A stretch of DNA of 64,000 nucleotides from the human T2T-CHM13v2.0 reference genome, Homo sapiens: NCBI RefSeq assembly GCF_009914755.1, contig NC_060947.1, one strand, 5' to 3'. This document shows positions 58,198-64,000 of the stretch, piece after piece (position 1 is the stretch's first letter; every line of letters starts with the position of its first letter). The translations under genes were made by a program, and so were the position numbers. Under the pieces are notes generated by a model. That model did not search any database. It was not told the DNA's origin and was given only the letters and a program-made list of their open reading frames with translations.

Positions 58198-58614
58198 GCA
58201 ACAGTTTTATTGTTCTCAAATTCTATGAACTGTCTTTATACCAGAGGTTAGTTGTTATAAGAAATTACATATTACCAATGTAGTTTTACTGTCTCTCTTC
58301 ATTCTTAGGTGATGACATCCCTACTTTTACTGATAAAATAGAAGCAATCAGAAGAGAATGTCCACATCATCCCACTTCTAACTCTACTAACCCAATTACA
58401 TTGTGCACTCTGCTTCATTCTTGCTTCTAACACCAACCCTTTCACTTTTGTACAGGGTTCCTAAGCAAGGATTAAAACTATCACCCCTTTCTACCATATC
58501 ATTATATGCTGATGAGAATGATTGATGACAAACAGAAAAAACAAATATGCTGTATCTCCCATTTAAAAAACCCTCTTTAAACCCCACAACCACCCTCCTC
58601 ACTCCCCTACCCCC

Positions 58615-59517
58615 ATATTAGTTGTCTATTGCTGTGTAACAAATTCCCCAGAACTTAGCAGCTAAAAGCAATGTGCATTATCTCACAGGTTATGTGGATC
58701 AGAAACTTGGGAGCAGTTTACATGGTGTCTCTAGCTTAGTTTCTCTCATGAGACTAATTAAACTATTATCTTCAGTAACAATCCTGACTCTACCATACTC
58801 ACTCACAAGGCTGTGGTCACAAAGCTGGATTCACTTCCATATTCACTCACATGGCTATTGGCTGGCATCAGTTCCTCATGGGCTACTGGACGGAGGGCCT
58901 TAGTTCCTTGATATACCACCTGGGCCTCTCCATAGAGTTTCTCACTGTATGGAAGCTTGCTACCTCCCACACCAGTGTTCACAGAGAGTCATGGAGAAAG
59001 AAGGAGACATCAAGAGAGAAGCTACAGGCTGGGTGTGTTGTCTCACGCCTGTAATCCCAGCACTTTGGGAAGCCGAGGCAGGCAGATCATTTGAGTCAGG
59101 AGTTTGAGACCAGCCTGACCAACATAATGAAATGCTGTCTCTACTAAAAATACAAAAAATTTAGTCAGGCGCGGTGGCACATGCCTGTAGTCCCAGCTAC
59201 TCAGGAGGCTGAGACAGGAGAATCATTTGAACCCAGGAAGCGGAGGTTGCAGTGATCTGACATCATGCCACTGCACTCCAGCCTGGGCAACACAGTGAGA
59301 CCCTGTCTCAGAAAAAATAAAAAATAAAAAGAAAATAAAAAGAAAGAATCTACAGTCTTTTTGTAAGTTAAACTCAGAAGTGACACTATTCTTCCTGCCA
59401 CTTTCTATTCTTAGGTGTAAGTCATTAAATCTAGCCAGAACTCAAGGGAAGAGGATTACACAGGGGTTTGAATACCAGGAGACAGAGAATCATGGGAGAG
59501 TAGTTTAGAGACTGCAG
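58615..59517 (-). mobile_element. MLT1F-like LTR interrupted by Alu
   Basis: tattagttgtctattgctgtgtaacaaatt...; after the Alu, ctcagaagtgacac...gattacacaggggtttgaataccaggag. Confidence 0.78.
59027..59340 (+). mobile_element. AluS
   Basis: Full dimer; TSD-like agagagaagctaca / agaaagaatctaca. Confidence 0.92.
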
Positions 59518-59580
59518 ACTCCTCTAGCTACTGCCATAAGTCCTCTGCCTCTCTTTCTAACTAGCCTCACTATTAGGATA

Positions 59581-59969
59581 GTGTCTTAGTCCATTTGTGC
59601 TGCTATAACAAAGTACTACAGAGTGAGTAATTTATAAATAATATAAATTTATGTCTCACAGTTCTGAAGGCTGAGAAGTCCAAGATCAAGGTGCCAGGAG
59701 ATTCAGTGTCTAGTAAAGGCAAACTTTCTGTTTCCAAGATGGTGCCTTGTAGCTGTGTTCTCCACAGGAAAAGAATGCTGTTTCCTCACAAGGTGGAAAG
59801 GACAGAAGGGCAAAAGGGAACTCCAGAGTTCATTAGAGCCTCCTTTAAAAGGGCATTAATCCCATTCATGAGGGCTCAAGCCTCATGACCCAATAATTTC
59901 CCATTTATTGCATTGAGGATTAAGTCTCAACATGAATTTTGGAGGAACACAACATTCAACCCATTGCAG
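59581..59969 (-). mobile_element. MLT1A/MST-type solo LTR
   Basis: gtgtcttagtccatttgtgctgctataacaaa...aagtccaagatcaaggtgcc...aacattcaacccattgca. Confidence 0.82.
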
Positions 59970-60289
59970 ATGGCTTCTATTAAAAATATGAAGAAAGAAA
60001 GTAAGTGTTGATGAGAATGTGGAGAAATTGGAACCATTGTCCACTGTTAGTGGGATTGTAAAATGATGCAGCCACTATGGAAAGCAGTATGGGAGTTCCT
60101 CAAAAAGACATCACAAGAAAAGGAAACTATAGGTCAATCTCTCTGATGACACAGATGCAAAAATTCTCAATAAAATACAAGCAAACTGAATTCAACAATA
60201 CATCAAAAAGGTTATACATCATGACCAAGTAGGATATGTCCCTGGATGGAAGATTGGTTTAACATATGCCATATCACTTTGCCCTTAAC

Positions 60290-61215
<926 letters not shown>

Positions 61216-61509
61216 GACTCCAAATTGGAAATTATGAACTTCAGGATCTTCACAAGATGACCGATGAGAACATGCCAAAAAAACAGAATTATGATCAATA
61301 TTTTTCCTCTAATCATTTATTGCATAGGTTTTAGAAGATACATGATATATTAGAACATCATATGTGTATATAATCTATAAATAATTAAATACACATATAT
61401 TAGGATATGTGCTTGCTTGAAATTTGTTACCATTAAGGGAAATTGATTAAAATGTTGGGAGATATATTTAACGGAGACTACTACCTGGAGGTCATTTCTG
61501 TTATCTTTT

Positions 61510-62345
61510 TAAACCAAGAAATAACTTTCCTATAACAAAATTTACCATTTTATAGTGTATAATTGAGTGGTTTTTAGTGTATTTGTGAGGTTGTGTAAAC
61601 ACTACCACTTCCTAGTTCTACATTTTTATCACCCCAAAACAAACTTTATTTTCACTAGCAGTGACACCGCATTGTTTTGTTCCTTGATCCCTTGGAAACC
61701 ATTAATCTACTTTCTGTTTTTATAAGTTTCCATATTCTGAATATTTCAAATACATTGAGTCATATTATATGTGATCTTTTGTGTGGTTTATTTGACTTAG
61801 CGTAATGGTTTCAAGGTTCACGCATGTTGTAGCAGCTATTAGTATTTCATTTCCTTTTATTGCCAAGGAATATCTCATTGTATGAATACATCACACCTCA
61901 TTCACCTATCACTAGGTTGATGGACATTTGAAGTATTTCCAGTTTTGGTTATTGCAAATAATATTTCAATGAGCATTTCTGTACAAGTTTTGTGTAGACA
62001 TATCTTTTCAATTATCTTGAACCTATAATAACATTACTGTGTCATATATCAGTCTCATGTTTAACTTCTTCAGGGACTGCCAGATAATTTTCCAAAATGG
62101 CTGCATCATTTTATGTTTCAAACCAGTAACATATGAGGGTTCCAATTTGTCCACATGCTGACCAACACTAGTAAATGTCTGTCTTTTTTATTGTAACCAT
62201 CTTAGTGGGTGTGAAGTCGTATCACATTGTGGTTTGGATTTGCATTTTCTTAGTAACTAATTATGTTGACCATCTTTTCATGTGTTTATTGGTCATTTAT
62301 ATCTTCTTTGGAGAAATGTTCATTCAAATTCTCTGACCATTTTTA
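61510..62345 (-). mobile_element. L1MB-type 3' region
   Basis: ttcaaggttcacgcatgttgtagca, ggctgcatcattttat, cacattgtggtttggatttgcattt. Confidence 0.82.
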
Positions 62346-62593
62346 CTTTTAGTTTTTTAACTTTTATTTTACATTCAGGGGTACATGTGCAGGTTTGTCA
62401 TATAGGTAAATCGTGTGCCACAGAGGGTTAGTGTACAGATTATTTCATCACCCAAGTAATAAACATAGTATACCATACATAGTTTTTCAAACATCACCCT
62501 CCTCCCACTCTCCACCCTCAAATAAGCCCCAGCTTCTGTTGTTCCCTTCTTTGTGTCCGTATGTACTACATGTTTAGCTCACACTTATAAGTG
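62345..62593 (-). mobile_element. L1PA (about PA13-PA16) 3'UTR end
   Basis: ttcaggggtacatgtgcaggtttg...gattatttcatcaccca...gtttagctcacacttataagtg. Confidence 0.85.
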
Positions 62594-64000
62594 TAGTTAT
62601 CTAAGTATCTTCATAGGTCTTATATTTATGATGGTTAGGTCTTCTTGTTGAATTGAGCACTTTACCATTATGTAATGCATATATATTTATGATGTTAGAT
62701 GCATATATATTATTAGGTGTTAGGTGCATATATATTTATGATGGTTAGGTCTTCTTGTTGAATTGAGCACTTTACCATTATGTAATGCCCTTTGTATTTT
62801 TTGATCCTGGTTGGCTTCAAGTTTGTTGTGTCTGAAATGAGAATAGCAGTCCCTGCTTCCCTCTTTATTTTTTGTTTGTTTGTTTGTTTGCTTGGTAGAT
62901 TTTTCTCCATCCTTTTATTTTGAGCTTCTGAGGGTCATTGCATGTAAGAGGAGTCTCTTGAAGATCGTATACCACTGAGTTTTGCTTCTTTATCCAACTT
63001 GACACTCTGTGCCTTTTAATTGGAATATTTATCCCATTTACATTCAAGGATAGTATTGATATGTGTGGATTTAATTCTGTCATCATGCAGTTAGCTGGTT
63101 ATTATGCAAAGTTGTTTGTGTGGTTGCTTTATAGTGTTCCTCCAGTGTGTTTTTGCAGTGTCTCATAGAGATCTTTCTTTTCCATATTTAGCACTCCCTT
63201 CAGGAGCTCTTGTAAGGCAGGTCTGATGGTAACGAATTTCCTCAGCATTTGCTTGTCTAACAAATATTGTATTTCTCTTTATCTTATGAAGTTTAGTTTG
63301 TTGGATATAAAATTCTTGGTTGAAAATTATTTTCTTTAAGAACGCTACAAATGGGCTCTGAATCTTTTCTGGCTTCTTAGGTTTCTGATGATAGGTTTGA
63401 GGTTTGCTGTTAGCCTGTGGAGGTTCCCTTTGTAGGTGACCTGCCCCTTCTCTCTAGCTGCGTTTAGCATTTTTCTTTCATTCTGAACTTGGAGAATCTG
63501 ATAATTGTGTGTCTTACTGCTTGTGTGATATTTCACAGGGGTTCTCTGCATTTCCTGAATTTGAGTGTTGACCTCTCTAATGAAGTTGGGGAAATATTCA
63601 TGAATGTTATCCTGAAATATGTTTTCCAAGTTGCTTTCTCTCACCACATCTTTTTCAGGAATACCAGTGAATCACAGATTTGGTCTCTTTACATAATTCC
63701 ATATTTCTTGGAGGTGTTCTTTATTCTTCTTTATTGTTTTTCTTTATTTTTGTCCGATTGAACAATTTTGAAGAGCCAGTCTTTGAGCACTGAGTTTCTT
63801 TCCTCAGCTTGATTGATTCTGCTGTTAATACTTGCAATTGCATTATGAAATTCTTGTAATGTGTTTTTCAGCTCTATCAGATAAGTTTGGTTCTTTCTTA
63901 CAATGGCCATTTCATCTATCGACTTCTGTATTGTTTTATTACAATCCTTAGTTTCCTTGGATTGAGTTTTGAATTTGTCCTGAATGTTGATGTCTTCATT
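62594..64000 (-). mobile_element. L1P ORF1 and start of ORF2 endonuclease
   Basis: Minus ORFs: MTELNPHISILSLNVNGIN.PIKRHR (ORF2 start), GHYIMVKCSIQQEDLTIINIYAPN, and LENIFQDNIHEYFPN...AAREKGQVTYKG (ORF1). Confidence 0.9.

Overview
Primate (most likely human) genomic DNA: AT-rich, CpG-depleted and dominated by repeats (L1 of many ages, Alu J/S/Y, L2, MIR, CR1/L3, MaLR solo LTRs, Hsmar1 and other DNA-transposon relics). I recognise no intact conventional protein-coding gene, and most ORFs in the track derive from L1, Alu or low-complexity sequence. Two non-repeat coding relics stand out. (1) An intronless short histone H2A variant at 35426-35728 (+), best matching H2A.Q (human H2AQ1P, which would place the window in the Xp11.4 short-H2A cluster). 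It still reads as a 100-aa ORF only because two frameshifts appear to compensate. (2) A ~410-bp minus-strand segment at 55936-56349 whose translation resembles the capping-domain region of Mononegavirales (bornavirus/rhabdovirus) L polymerases, a candidate endogenous viral element. Structural curiosities include a twin-primed L1PA with a probable ~620-bp 3' transduction, a 35-bp microinversion between 8-bp inverted repeats, a perfect 41-bp inverted repeat, and a complex deletion/duplication junction in an L1P. Repeat subfamily names and protein similarities come from recall of consensus sequences, not database searches, and boundaries of old repeats are approximate.
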